From positions 1-49,753 of IMG/VR virus record IMGVR_UViG_3300020042_004316: 49,753 nt of DNA; one strand, written 5' to 3'. The notes beneath the pieces were generated by a model. That model was not told the origin of the DNA. It did not search any database and worked only from the letters and a program-made list of their open reading frames with translations. Position numbers and translations under genes: made by a program. Below are positions 10,904 through 19,279 of the stretch, piece after piece (the first letter of the stretch is position 1; each line of letters opens with the position of its first letter). The DNA comes from a virus. Taxonomy: Duplodnaviria; Caudoviricetes.

Positions 10904-12496
10904 ATGTCAAGTACCTATTCAACCAACCTAGCCCTTGAACTTATAACCGCTGGCGAACAGGCTGGTAACTGGGGTTCCACGACCAACACCAACCTCGGCA
11001 CTCTGATTGAGCAGGCTATCTCAGGTTATACAACTCAACTCTGTACGGGCGGCACCGACGCACTCACTATGAACAGCGGTGCATCAGCTACAGCTAGGAA
11101 TATGTCCATAGAGTTGACGGGTACGGGCGGGGGCACACTGGTTGTGCCGGGAACATCTCCTAACGCCAATAAGAAGCTGTACATTATTTACAACAATACC
11201 ACAACTACACCCAGTGCAGTAACTGTCAAAGTCTCTGGGCAAACAGGTGTATCTGTCCCCGCAGGTAAGAAGATGTTCTTAGTTTGTAACGGTACAGATG
11301 TTGTGGCAGCCGTTGATTACTTTGCTTCTTTATCCGCTGGTAGTTTGTCGCTCACTACGCCGCTATCCGTAGCTTCTGGCGGTACAGGGAGTTCAACTCT
11401 AGCTTCTGCTACCGCGTCCATAGGCGCAATCCCTGCGGCAGACTTGCCAACTGTTGGAGATTTTCTTGTTGGTGTAAACACATCTCTTGCTGTCACTGGA
11501 GCTTCTGGTGCTGCTGGTACAGCCACTATAACTTTTGCAGCACAGACTTACGCGCCGTTCCTTCTCGGACAGGCAATTACCGTAGCAGGGATGAACCCCG
11601 CTGGATATAACGCCACGGCTAACGTAACCGGAACTACTACGTCAAGTGTCTCTTATGAAAACGCTACTACTGCCGCATTTGTTTCTGGTGGTACGGTATC
11701 CGCAACTGTGGGTAATATCGCAGCAGGGGCGTCTGTAGTTGCAAATGCCACAACGTCCGACATTTGGCGGGCTAGGTATAACGTCCTGTCTGGTGGCGCA
11801 GTCACATTCACCGACATAGCTGATGCTCCGTATGTTGGCGCGGTCTCTATTGTTGTTTCTAACGCAGCGCATGTGATTACCAATAATGCTACGTTAGTTG
11901 TACAAGGCGGCGCTAATTACACCTGCGTGTCTGGCGACATACTGATATTTACGGCTACAACCACTTCAACCTTCCGAGTATCAATTTTTAAAGCAGACGG
12001 TGCACCTGTCCTACCTGCGGGAACGGCTGGCAACCTGCTAACTTCAAACGGCACAACTTGGACGTCCACTGCACCATCCGCAGGTGGGGTTACTTCTGTT
12101 GCAACAGGAAATGGTTTGTCTGGTGGAACTATTACATCAACTGGAACACTAACTATTGCCGCACCTTCACTCCACTCTATTGGTAGCTACGCTGTTCTTT
12201 ATAAAAGCACAAATTCTAGGTTGTTTGTTAATAGCACAATTTCTGGGTCAAACTTATTTTATATTTCTGCTTGTGGCGTTAACAGAACTATAAACTCACC
12301 TTTTATTAACACTAATCCCGATGGAAATGTTCTTAACGCCTCGGCATCATTCACAGCGGGTACCGGTAGTCAATCAATAACTTTGACGAACGTGGCGGGT
12401 ACTTGGATGGCCTTGGGTTCAACTGATGCTGCATATTATGATGGTTGTAACAACAATACAACTTTCCTTGCTGCACTATTCGTTCGTCAAAGTTAA
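10904..12496 (+). CDS. Tail fibre protein
   Basis: MSSTYSTNL.LEL...GE..G.WG..TN.N N-terminus typical of these fibres; GNLLTSNGTTW and GVTSVATGNGLSGGTIT fibre repeats. Confidence 0.75.
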   Translation: MSSTYSTNLALELITAGEQAGNWGSTTNTNLGTLIEQAISGYTTQLCTGGTDALTMNSGASATARNMSIELTGTGGGTLVVPGTSPNANKKLYIIYNNTTTTPSAVTVKVSGQTGVSVPAGKKMFLVCNGTDVVAAVDYFASLSAGSLSLTTPLSVASGGTGSSTLASATASIGAIPAADLPTVGDFLVGVNTSLAVTGASGAAGTATITFAAQTYAPFLLGQAITVAGMNPAGYNATANVTGTTTSSVSYENATTAAFVSGGTVSATVGNIAAGASVVANATTSDIWRARYNVLSGGAVTFTDIADAPYVGAVSIVVSNAAHVITNNATLVVQGGANYTCVSGDILIFTATTTSTFRVSIFKADGAPVLPAGTAGNLLTSNGTTWTSTAPSAGGVTSVATGNGLSGGTITSTGTLTIAAPSLHSIGSYAVLYKSTNSRLFVNSTISGSNLFYISACGVNRTINSPFINTNPDGNVLNASASFTAGTGSQSITLTNVAGTWMALGSTDAAYYDGCNNNTTFLAALFVRQS

Positions 12497-12507
12497 GGAA
12501 AAAAATT

Positions 12508-12756
12508 ATGATTACATATACAACAGTCCGCGATTTAGTTTGGTGCAACGCAGAACACACACAATTTAATTGCTATGTTTTTTTTGAACACACCAATAAA
12601 GAAGCGCCTTTTGGTTGCGCTCAAAGCGAAGTCGGTGTTTATCCGCACGTAGCTTCAATTTGGGGAAGAGCAATGGCTGGTGAGTTTGGCGTCATTGCTG
12701 AATATGTACCGCCGCCCTTTCACGAAGCTGGAGTCGCGGCAGAAGACCAACCATAG
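12508..12756 (+). CDS. Tail fibre assembly chaperone-like protein
   Basis: Directly follows the fibre gene; W.NAEHT...GEFG.IAEY.PP pattern. Confidence 0.55.
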   Translation: MITYTTVRDLVWCNAEHTQFNCYVFFEHTNKEAPFGCAQSEVGVYPHVASIWGRAMAGEFGVIAEYVPPPFHEAGVAAEDQP

Positions 12757-12776
12757 ACCCAAGGCGCTCAAACGCT

Positions 12777-13058
12777 ATGACCATTGCGGTAACCTCCGCT
12801 TATCAAGTCACGTATGACGGGGCAAGCATAAACGTGTATCACACAAACAAGGGTGAGGGATTACCGCGCCATGAGCACGCCTACGCACACTTAACGATTT
12901 GCCATGCCGGAAGTTGTGTCATTCGCAAAGAAGGAATTGAGAAAGTGATTGACAAGTACACGCAACCTATAAATCTCAAGGCCGCTGAGTGGCATGAGAT
13001 TGAAGCGCTAGAAGATGGGACTGTGTTTGTAAACGTCTTCTCTGAGGGTAAGTACTAA
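12777..13058 (+). CDS. Cupin-fold protein
   Basis: HEHAYAH motif 1 and WHEIEALEDGTVFVNVF motif 2 of RmlC-like cupins. Confidence 0.75.
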   Translation: MTIAVTSAYQVTYDGASINVYHTNKGEGLPRHEHAYAHLTICHAGSCVIRKEGIEKVIDKYTQPINLKAAEWHEIEALEDGTVFVNVFSEGKY

Positions 13059-13059
13059 T

Positions 13060-13773
13060 GTGGACCCCTTCTCTCTCCTCCTCGCTGCTCAAGCAGCCGT
13101 TGGCTTTATTAAAGCAGGATGCAACATGCTCCACGATGGACGCATGGAGTTGGAAGGAGCCAAGAAAACTGTCGAGGGAGTCATTAGCGATGTTAAGGCT
13201 ATCAAAGGCATATTTGACTGGTTCATTGGACTGTTTAAACGAGCAGAGCCAGCAGCCGAAGCAAAGCCTGTGGCAAAAGCGAAAGCCAAAGCCGCAGCAA
13301 AGAAGCAGTCTTACGAAGAACTTGAACTCAAACTCATCAGCGAGATTGGGGCAAACCTCGGCGTTCTCTTTGACACACAGCAACAGATTAACGACCATTA
13401 CATTGAGTTAGAAGAAACAAGTAAAACCAACTACGACCCAACGCAAAACACCAGTCAAAAGGCGATTGAGCGGGCATTGATTGAGTTGCAGATGGAGAAG
13501 GTGATGGAGCAGACCAGAGAGGCAATGGTCTATGCCCCGCCTGAGTTAAAAGATTTGTATAGCAGGTTTCTCAAGATGCACGCCAAAATAGAACAAGAAC
13601 AAGCGTGGGCAAGGTCTGAGATGATTCGCAGGGCAAGGTTGGCAAGGTGGAAAAAAGAGCAAGACGAGATTCGGGTCATTGAATTAACAAGTGGGGTGAT
13701 TGCCGTGGCATTCATATCTTTAATCTTTGGGTGGCTCATGTGGGAACTACGAAGCTGGTCTGGTGGATTTTGA
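13060..13773 (+). CDS. Coiled-coil protein with C-terminal transmembrane helix (lysis-module accessory)
   Basis: Helical heptads; GVIAVAFISLIFGWLMW hydrophobic segment; lies upstream of the holin. Confidence 0.65.
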   Translation: MDPFSLLLAAQAAVGFIKAGCNMLHDGRMELEGAKKTVEGVISDVKAIKGIFDWFIGLFKRAEPAAEAKPVAKAKAKAAAKKQSYEELELKLISEIGANLGVLFDTQQQINDHYIELEETSKTNYDPTQNTSQKAIERALIELQMEKVMEQTREAMVYAPPELKDLYSRFLKMHAKIEQEQAWARSEMIRRARLARWKKEQDEIRVIELTSGVIAVAFISLIFGWLMWELRSWSGGF

Positions 13774-13907
13774 TAGGGGTTGCGATATGTATTGTTGTGG
13801 GCGTTACCTCGATGGCATACGTGGAAACCCTATACATGCGGGCGCAGTTAAAACAAGAGATGAAAGAACTTCGTAAACTCAAACGCGAACTAAAGGAACA
13901 GAAATGA
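13740..13907 (+). CDS. Small membrane protein with coiled-coil tail (55 aa, not in ORF track)
   Basis: GTG start, MGTTKLVWWILIGVAICIVVGVTSMAYVETLYMRAQLKQEMKELRKLKRELKEQK*; ATGA overlap with the holin. Confidence 0.55.
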   Translation: MGTTKLVWWILIGVAICIVVGVTSMAYVETLYMRAQLKQEMKELRKLKRELKEQK

Positions 13908-14305
13908 TACCTATCGGCGCACTTTTAGATATTGGTGGAAAAATCTTAGATAAGGTGTTTCCTGACCCAGCACAGGCAGAGCAAGCAAAACTCAAACTGC
14001 TTGAGATGCAACAAAACGGTGAGTTGGCAAAACTCAATGCTGATGTGTCTGAGCAACATGAGTTAACTGAGCGGCTCAAAGCAGATATGGGTAGCGACTC
14101 TTGGCTGTCAAAGAACATCCGTCCCATGACCTTGGTGTTTATCCTAGTTACCTACACAACCTTTGCCATGATGAGCGCATGGGATGTTGAAGTCAATAAC
14201 AACTATGTGGAGTTGCTTGGTCAGTGGGGCATGTTAATTATGTCGTTTTACTTTGGCGGCAGAACGCTAGAGAAAATCATAGATATGCAGAAGGGTAAGA
14301 AATGA
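13904..14305 (+). CDS. 3TM-type holin
   Basis: KILDKVFPDP...DSWLSKNIRP...FYFGGRTLEK signature; hydrophobic helices; adjacent to the endolysin. Confidence 0.8.
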   Translation: MIPIGALLDIGGKILDKVFPDPAQAEQAKLKLLEMQQNGELAKLNADVSEQHELTERLKADMGSDSWLSKNIRPMTLVFILVTYTTFAMMSAWDVEVNNNYVELLGQWGMLIMSFYFGGRTLEKIIDMQKGKK

Positions 14306-14730
14306 ACCTAACAGAACACTTCACTCTTGACGAGTTAACTCATACTGACCATCGGGAACTAGAGAACACACCAAATGAACAAGAACTTGCAAATCTTCAA
14401 AGATTGGCTGAATTCCTTGAAACAGTCAAAGGCGTACTTGGCGGTAAACCAATCATGGTTAACTCTGCGTTCCGCTCTAAAATGGTTAATGACGCGGTAG
14501 GCTCAAAGGATACCTCTCAGCACCGAATAGGGTGTGCTGCCGATTTGAGAGTTCCGGGGGTTACCCCTGACGAAGTAGTTAAAGCCATTATTGCATCGGG
14601 CATAGGGTATGACCAAGTAATTAGAGAGTTTGACCGCTGGACGCATATCTCTATACCTAACACCCCTGCTGGCATTCCACGCAAGCAAGCATTGATAATT
14701 GACAAATCTGGTACTAGACCTTACGCTTAA
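14302..14730 (+). CDS. Endolysin, peptidase M15A family
   Basis: HFTLDEL, SAFRS..VN.AVG, SQH..G.AAD and W.HIS zinc-peptidase motifs. Confidence 0.88.
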   Translation: MNLTEHFTLDELTHTDHRELENTPNEQELANLQRLAEFLETVKGVLGGKPIMVNSAFRSKMVNDAVGSKDTSQHRIGCAADLRVPGVTPDEVVKAIIASGIGYDQVIREFDRWTHISIPNTPAGIPRKQALIIDKSGTRPYA

Positions 14731-14732
14731 TC

Positions 14733-17066
14733 ATGCCATTACAAAAACTACAATTCCGTCCCGGTGTTAACCGCGAAGGCACTACTCTCTCAAACGAGGG
14801 CGGCTATTTTGACGGCGACAAGATTCGTTTCCGTTCTGGCTACCCTGAGAAGATTGGTGGCTGGCAAGCTGATAGCGGGGCTTATTTCACTACGGTTCCT
14901 ACAGCTACGTTCTCATCAAGTGGCACATCGACAGCCGCTACACCTACTAGCGCATCGTTTTGGGGTATTGCTAAGGGGCTGTGGAACTGGATTAACTTAA
15001 CAGGCTACAACTTACTTGGCGTTGGTACTGACTTAAAGTACTACATACAGAACTCTTCGGGCGGTGCGTATAACGACGTTACCCCTATGCGTGTTACCAC
15101 TTCTGCTGGCGCAGTCACTTTTGCCGCAACATCTGGCTCTACCACTCTTGTAGTTACTAACGCTTCACATGGAGCGCAGGTGGCAGATTTTGTTTGTTTT
15201 ACTGGCGCTGTAACTCTTGGTGGTGTAATTACTGCAACCGTGCTAAATAGAGAGTATCAGGTTCAAACCGTTACAAGTAACAACACATACACAATTACTT
15301 CTTCTGTTGCCGCTAACGCTAGTGATATAGGTAATGGCGGCGGTTCTGTTATAGGCAACTATCAACTAACAACGGGCTACACCACATTTACGCTTGGTAC
15401 AGGTTGGGGCGCTGGTGGTTGGGGTGGCTCGGTTGGACCTAGTGCTACGACTGCGTTGACTGCAAGTATTAATAGTAGTTCTACTGCGGCTATTGCGGTT
15501 ACTTCTACAACAGGTTTTGCGGCGAGTGGATTAATCTACATTGGTTCTGAGGGTATCTCTTACCCATCAACAACGGGAACTACATTTGCCTCGCCTGTAA
15601 TCCGTGGATTTAACACTACAGCGGCGGCACACACTAATGGCGATGCTGTCTTTCAATACCCATCAACTGCAACTGGCTGGGGTTCTCCTGCTACCACTGG
15701 TATCGGCATTCAACTGCGCTTGTGGAGCCAATCTAACTACGGTGAAGATTTAATTATTAACCCACGCGGTGCGGCTATGTATTACTGGGCTAATAACGCA
15801 AGCCCTAATATTTATGACCGCTGTCAAATTATTAAAGCATCGACTAACGTAGTCACAAAATCAGGCACGTTTACACCAGACTCCACCTGTCCATCTGTTA
15901 CCAACTTTGTGTTGGTGTCTGATGCTTCGCGCTTTACTTTTGCTTTTGGCACAAACGACCCGACAGGTGTATACGCCACGGTAGCCCAAGACCCAATGCA
16001 GGTTCGCTGGTCAGACCAAAACACTGTGGCTGTATGGACACCTGCTATTACTAACCAAGCGGGCGGTATTCGTCTAAGCCACGGTTCTCAAATTATTACT
16101 GCCATTCAGACTAGGCAAGAGATTTTGGTGCTCACCGACTCAGCCATCTATTCGTTCCAGTATCTTGGTGCGCCGTATGTGTGGGGTAGCCAACTCTTAG
16201 CTGACAACATTTCTATCATCGGCCCCAACGCAATGATTGTTGTGAATAACGTCACCTACTGGATGGGAACGGACAAGTTCTATATGTACTCTGGTCGGGT
16301 AGAAACCCTGCCTTGCGCTTTGCGTCAGTACATCTATAACAACATTAACCTGACAGAAGCGTTCCAGTTTTTTGCTGGCACAAACGAGGGCTACAACGAG
16401 ATATGGTGGTTCTACTGTTCTATTACTGGGACTACATCTGCGGGTGAAAACGGAACGGGCACACCGGCTTCGCCTAATCGTTTAGTTGACCGCTACGTAA
16501 TTTACAACCATCTTGAGCGCACTTGGTACTACGGTACTTGGAACGGTACAACTGTTCGCCCGCGCACGGCTTGGTTAGATAGCCCATTAAGAGCAGAACC
16601 TATAGCGGGTATTGGGTATAACTCTGGCGGGGTGTACACCAACGGTGCAGTTGTATACCATGAGACTACCGTAGACAATAACGAGACTACAACCCCAGTT
16701 GCTATTGATGCCTATGTTCAATCGTCGGACTTTGATATAGGGGACGGTCATAATTTTGGTTTTGTTTGGAGGCTTATTCCCGACATCACTTTTGATGGCT
16801 CCAGTGCAGCAACGCCTTCCGTTAACTTTACGGTAAGACCGCGTGCTTTCCCCGGCTCAAACTACGGCAACTCAAACAGCCCAGACGTAGATAGCACTCA
16901 GTCCTATGTCAGCACAACAACCTACAACGTACAGCAATTTACTCAACAGGTCTATGTGCGGATACGGGGTAGACAGATGGCGTTTAAGATTTCTTCATCA
17001 GACCTTGGTACGCAGTGGCAGTTAGGCGTTCCGCGTATTGACGTCAGACCTGACGGTAGGAGATAA
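14733..17066 (+). CDS. Tail nozzle / tubular protein B-like (P22 gp10-like beta-propeller)
   Basis: MPL.KLQF.PG...RFR.G.PEKIGGW start, VRWSDQ, RTAW.D, R.RGRQ...DGRR end; position just before the ejection proteins. Confidence 0.65.
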   Translation: MPLQKLQFRPGVNREGTTLSNEGGYFDGDKIRFRSGYPEKIGGWQADSGAYFTTVPTATFSSSGTSTAATPTSASFWGIAKGLWNWINLTGYNLLGVGTDLKYYIQNSSGGAYNDVTPMRVTTSAGAVTFAATSGSTTLVVTNASHGAQVADFVCFTGAVTLGGVITATVLNREYQVQTVTSNNTYTITSSVAANASDIGNGGGSVIGNYQLTTGYTTFTLGTGWGAGGWGGSVGPSATTALTASINSSSTAAIAVTSTTGFAASGLIYIGSEGISYPSTTGTTFASPVIRGFNTTAAAHTNGDAVFQYPSTATGWGSPATTGIGIQLRLWSQSNYGEDLIINPRGAAMYYWANNASPNIYDRCQIIKASTNVVTKSGTFTPDSTCPSVTNFVLVSDASRFTFAFGTNDPTGVYATVAQDPMQVRWSDQNTVAVWTPAITNQAGGIRLSHGSQIITAIQTRQEILVLTDSAIYSFQYLGAPYVWGSQLLADNISIIGPNAMIVVNNVTYWMGTDKFYMYSGRVETLPCALRQYIYNNINLTEAFQFFAGTNEGYNEIWWFYCSITGTTSAGENGTGTPASPNRLVDRYVIYNHLERTWYYGTWNGTTVRPRTAWLDSPLRAEPIAGIGYNSGGVYTNGAVVYHETTVDNNETTTPVAIDAYVQSSDFDIGDGHNFGFVWRLIPDITFDGSSAATPSVNFTVRPRAFPGSNYGNSNSPDVDSTQSYVSTTTYNVQQFTQQVYVRIRGRQMAFKISSSDLGTQWQLGVPRIDVRPDGRR

Positions 17067-17068
17067 GC

Positions 17069-17410
17069 ATGGCAGCAAAAGGTGTAATAGCCCCAAGATT
17101 ACCAGCCGCGCCAGTTGAGTATGACCGCCTCTATATAGATACGATGCTAGGTATCTTGCGTCAGTACTTTGACCAACTAGACAACGCAGGCCCTGTATTG
17201 GTATCAACGCAGAGAAAGCCTGCACAGGGTTCTATTCCGGCAGAGGTAATCTCAGCTTTAAGTTGTGCTCAACCAAATCCAACTTCGCCTGCCGTATACG
17301 TTATTAGTCTTCCAACACAAGCTGATTTTGCTCTTTTGCGCTCTGGCGATATTTACTACGATACGTCTGGTGGGGCTGCATCTAGTTACCCATTAAGGAT
17401 TAAGGCGTGA
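17069..17410 (+). CDS. Hypothetical virion-associated protein
   Basis: APRLPAAPVEYD...LRQYFDQLDN; tightly packed in the operon. Confidence 0.65.
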   Translation: MAAKGVIAPRLPAAPVEYDRLYIDTMLGILRQYFDQLDNAGPVLVSTQRKPAQGSIPAEVISALSCAQPNPTSPAVYVISLPTQADFALLRSGDIYYDTSGGAASSYPLRIKA

Positions 17411-17441
17411 TAAACTCGTTTAAACAACTTACGAGGCAAAT

Positions 17442-18824
17442 ATGAGCCTACATAATGCTGCCAAACACCTAGCTGCCCACGGGCGTGGTGACGACAAAGT
17501 CCTTGTTCACATGACAAAAGGCGAAGTCAATAGTTTAAACAACATAGCAATGGCTCATGGTGGGCAATTAACTATTAATCCTCACACAGGACTGCCTGAA
17601 GCAGGCTTTCTGTCGAGTTTGCTTCCTATGATTGCTGGTGCAGGTCTAATGGCTGTTTCAGGCGGTGCTATAAACCCAATGACGGCTGGACTTTTGGTTG
17701 GTGGTTTAAGGACTGCGCAGTCTGGTAGTTTGAGCAAAGGCTTAATGGCTGGTCTTGGTGCTTATGGTGGCGCTGGTTTGTCTGGTGGACTAATGAGTTC
17801 CGGAGCATCTGCCATGAATACTCAAGCAGCAAATGCCGTACAAGCGGCAAATCCCGGATTAACTGCGGGTGAGATTGGCAGGGAAATGGGGACCGCAGGA
17901 TTTACTCAGCCAACAATTGCTGCAACGTCTAATCCCGCTTTAGCGTCCGGCATAGATAAATTTTCAGCCGGAGTTACAGGACTTGGAACAGAGGCTGGAC
18001 GGAGCGCCGCTTTAAGTTCAATGGGTGGTGGAATGGGTGCCGCAAAAATAGGTGCGGCGGCTGTCCTTCCTTCATTAATTGGAGAACCAAAAACCCCAGA
18101 AATGACACCTTCTGACAAAGATATGGGACAGCGCTATTCCTACACAGGGCAAGCGACTCAGCCAACTCCAGCGCCGGATGTAATGAGTTACGAAGATATG
18201 CTTACAAAGCAAGGAAACTTTGGACGTCAACAGAACTACTACCCAAATCCTAAGACTTACACAGCCATAGGACCAACCGAGGCTAAAGACTTATACCATT
18301 TTGCAAATGGTGGCCCAGTTGAGCAGATGTCTAACAACGCGGCTATGGGTTTAAACACCATGTACCCAATGGCTAATACGGCAACGTCATCTTTTGCTAC
18401 GCCTTATCAGGCTCCTCAGTCTACGAACATGTTGGCTAACATGGCTCCATCTGGCGGTGGCGCAGTGAATGCTATGTCTGGCGAACCTAGTATGCAAGGC
18501 ACCCGTATGGCTACAGGAGGCATCTCTGATGCCCACTACAACCTAGGTGGTTACTCTGATGGTGGTCGCCTTCTTCGCGGCCCCGGAGATGGTGTGTCTG
18601 ATGACATCCCTGCAATGATTGGAGAGAAACAGCCAGCCCGTCTAGCAGATGGAGAGTTTGTTGTTCCCGCCCGTATTGTTTCTGAGTTGGGCAACGGCTC
18701 AACTGAGGCAGGCGCACGTAAGCTCTATGCCATGATGGACAGAGTGCAGGCGGCACGTAAAAAGACAGTTGGTAAAAACAAGGTTGCACATAACAGCCGC
18801 GCAGAAAAGCATTTACCTGCATGA
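17442..18824 (+). CDS. Putative internal virion (ejection) protein
   Basis: GRGDD..LVH, TINP.TGLPE, Gly/Ala-rich amphipathic core, GPGDGVSDDIPA...RLADGEFVVPA C-terminus; several xA.GG motifs. Confidence 0.6.
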   Translation: MSLHNAAKHLAAHGRGDDKVLVHMTKGEVNSLNNIAMAHGGQLTINPHTGLPEAGFLSSLLPMIAGAGLMAVSGGAINPMTAGLLVGGLRTAQSGSLSKGLMAGLGAYGGAGLSGGLMSSGASAMNTQAANAVQAANPGLTAGEIGREMGTAGFTQPTIAATSNPALASGIDKFSAGVTGLGTEAGRSAALSSMGGGMGAAKIGAAAVLPSLIGEPKTPEMTPSDKDMGQRYSYTGQATQPTPAPDVMSYEDMLTKQGNFGRQQNYYPNPKTYTAIGPTEAKDLYHFANGGPVEQMSNNAAMGLNTMYPMANTATSSFATPYQAPQSTNMLANMAPSGGGAVNAMSGEPSMQGTRMATGGISDAHYNLGGYSDGGRLLRGPGDGVSDDIPAMIGEKQPARLADGEFVVPARIVSELGNGSTEAGARKLYAMMDRVQAARKKTVGKNKVAHNSRAEKHLPA

Positions 18825-19279
18825 AAAACAGTCACGGAAAACTGGAGTGGTTTGGGGGCAACCAAGATGCTTTAAACGTTTACCATGCGTTTGTTGATTT
18901 GGCACACATTTGGGATGACCTCGTAGACAAAGACAAGCCTGTTTCTGCAGATGAGATCAATCTCGCCTTCTTGACATGCTTGGTTTATCTGCCAGCTAAT
19001 CCGTTTTACCGCAGTATTCAAGAACAAATCTTACCCATGTGGCTTGTTGTGGTTTCTGCTTATGAAACTGCAAACTCTTTTGAGAAAAACAAAGACCCGC
19101 ATGGTATTGAGATTGCCCACGGTTTAAGATATTCTGTTGGAAATATCTTGGCGTATGCGGTTCATCTGTGTGTCGGTCCAGAGAAAGCAAAAGAATTCTT
19201 GCCAGACATGTGGAAAACAATTTTTCACGAGCGGTTTGATGATTACCGCAAGGAGCATTTAGATGTTGATTCCAAATAA
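18821..19279 (+). CDS. Class I isoprenoid synthase / prenyltransferase-like protein (DDxxD)
   Basis: Helical protein with HIWDDLVDKD motif; coupled to both neighbours. Confidence 0.5.
   Translation: MKNSHGKLEWFGGNQDALNVYHAFVDLAHIWDDLVDKDKPVSADEINLAFLTCLVYLPANPFYRSIQEQILPMWLVVVSAYETANSFEKNKDPHGIEIAHGLRYSVGNILAYAVHLCVGPEKAKEFLPDMWKTIFHERFDDYRKEHLDVDSK

Noticed and set aside
4378-11883. Many minus-strand ORFs (e.g. 9361-9870, 10351-10863) opposite the tail genes
   Set aside because: They are antisense shadows of Thr/Ala-rich repetitive coding sequence, with no RBS or operon logic.
3710-12496. Diversity-generating retroelement acting on the tail genes
   Set aside because: No reverse transcriptase in the window and no template/variable repeat pair differing only at adenines; the repeats are ordinary coding duplications.
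13058-13411. Alternative-frame 117-aa ORF overlapping 13060-13773
   Set aside because: Fully nested in a longer, more plausible ORF; Ser/Gln/Leu-rich off-frame composition; no lipobox suggesting an embedded o-spanin.
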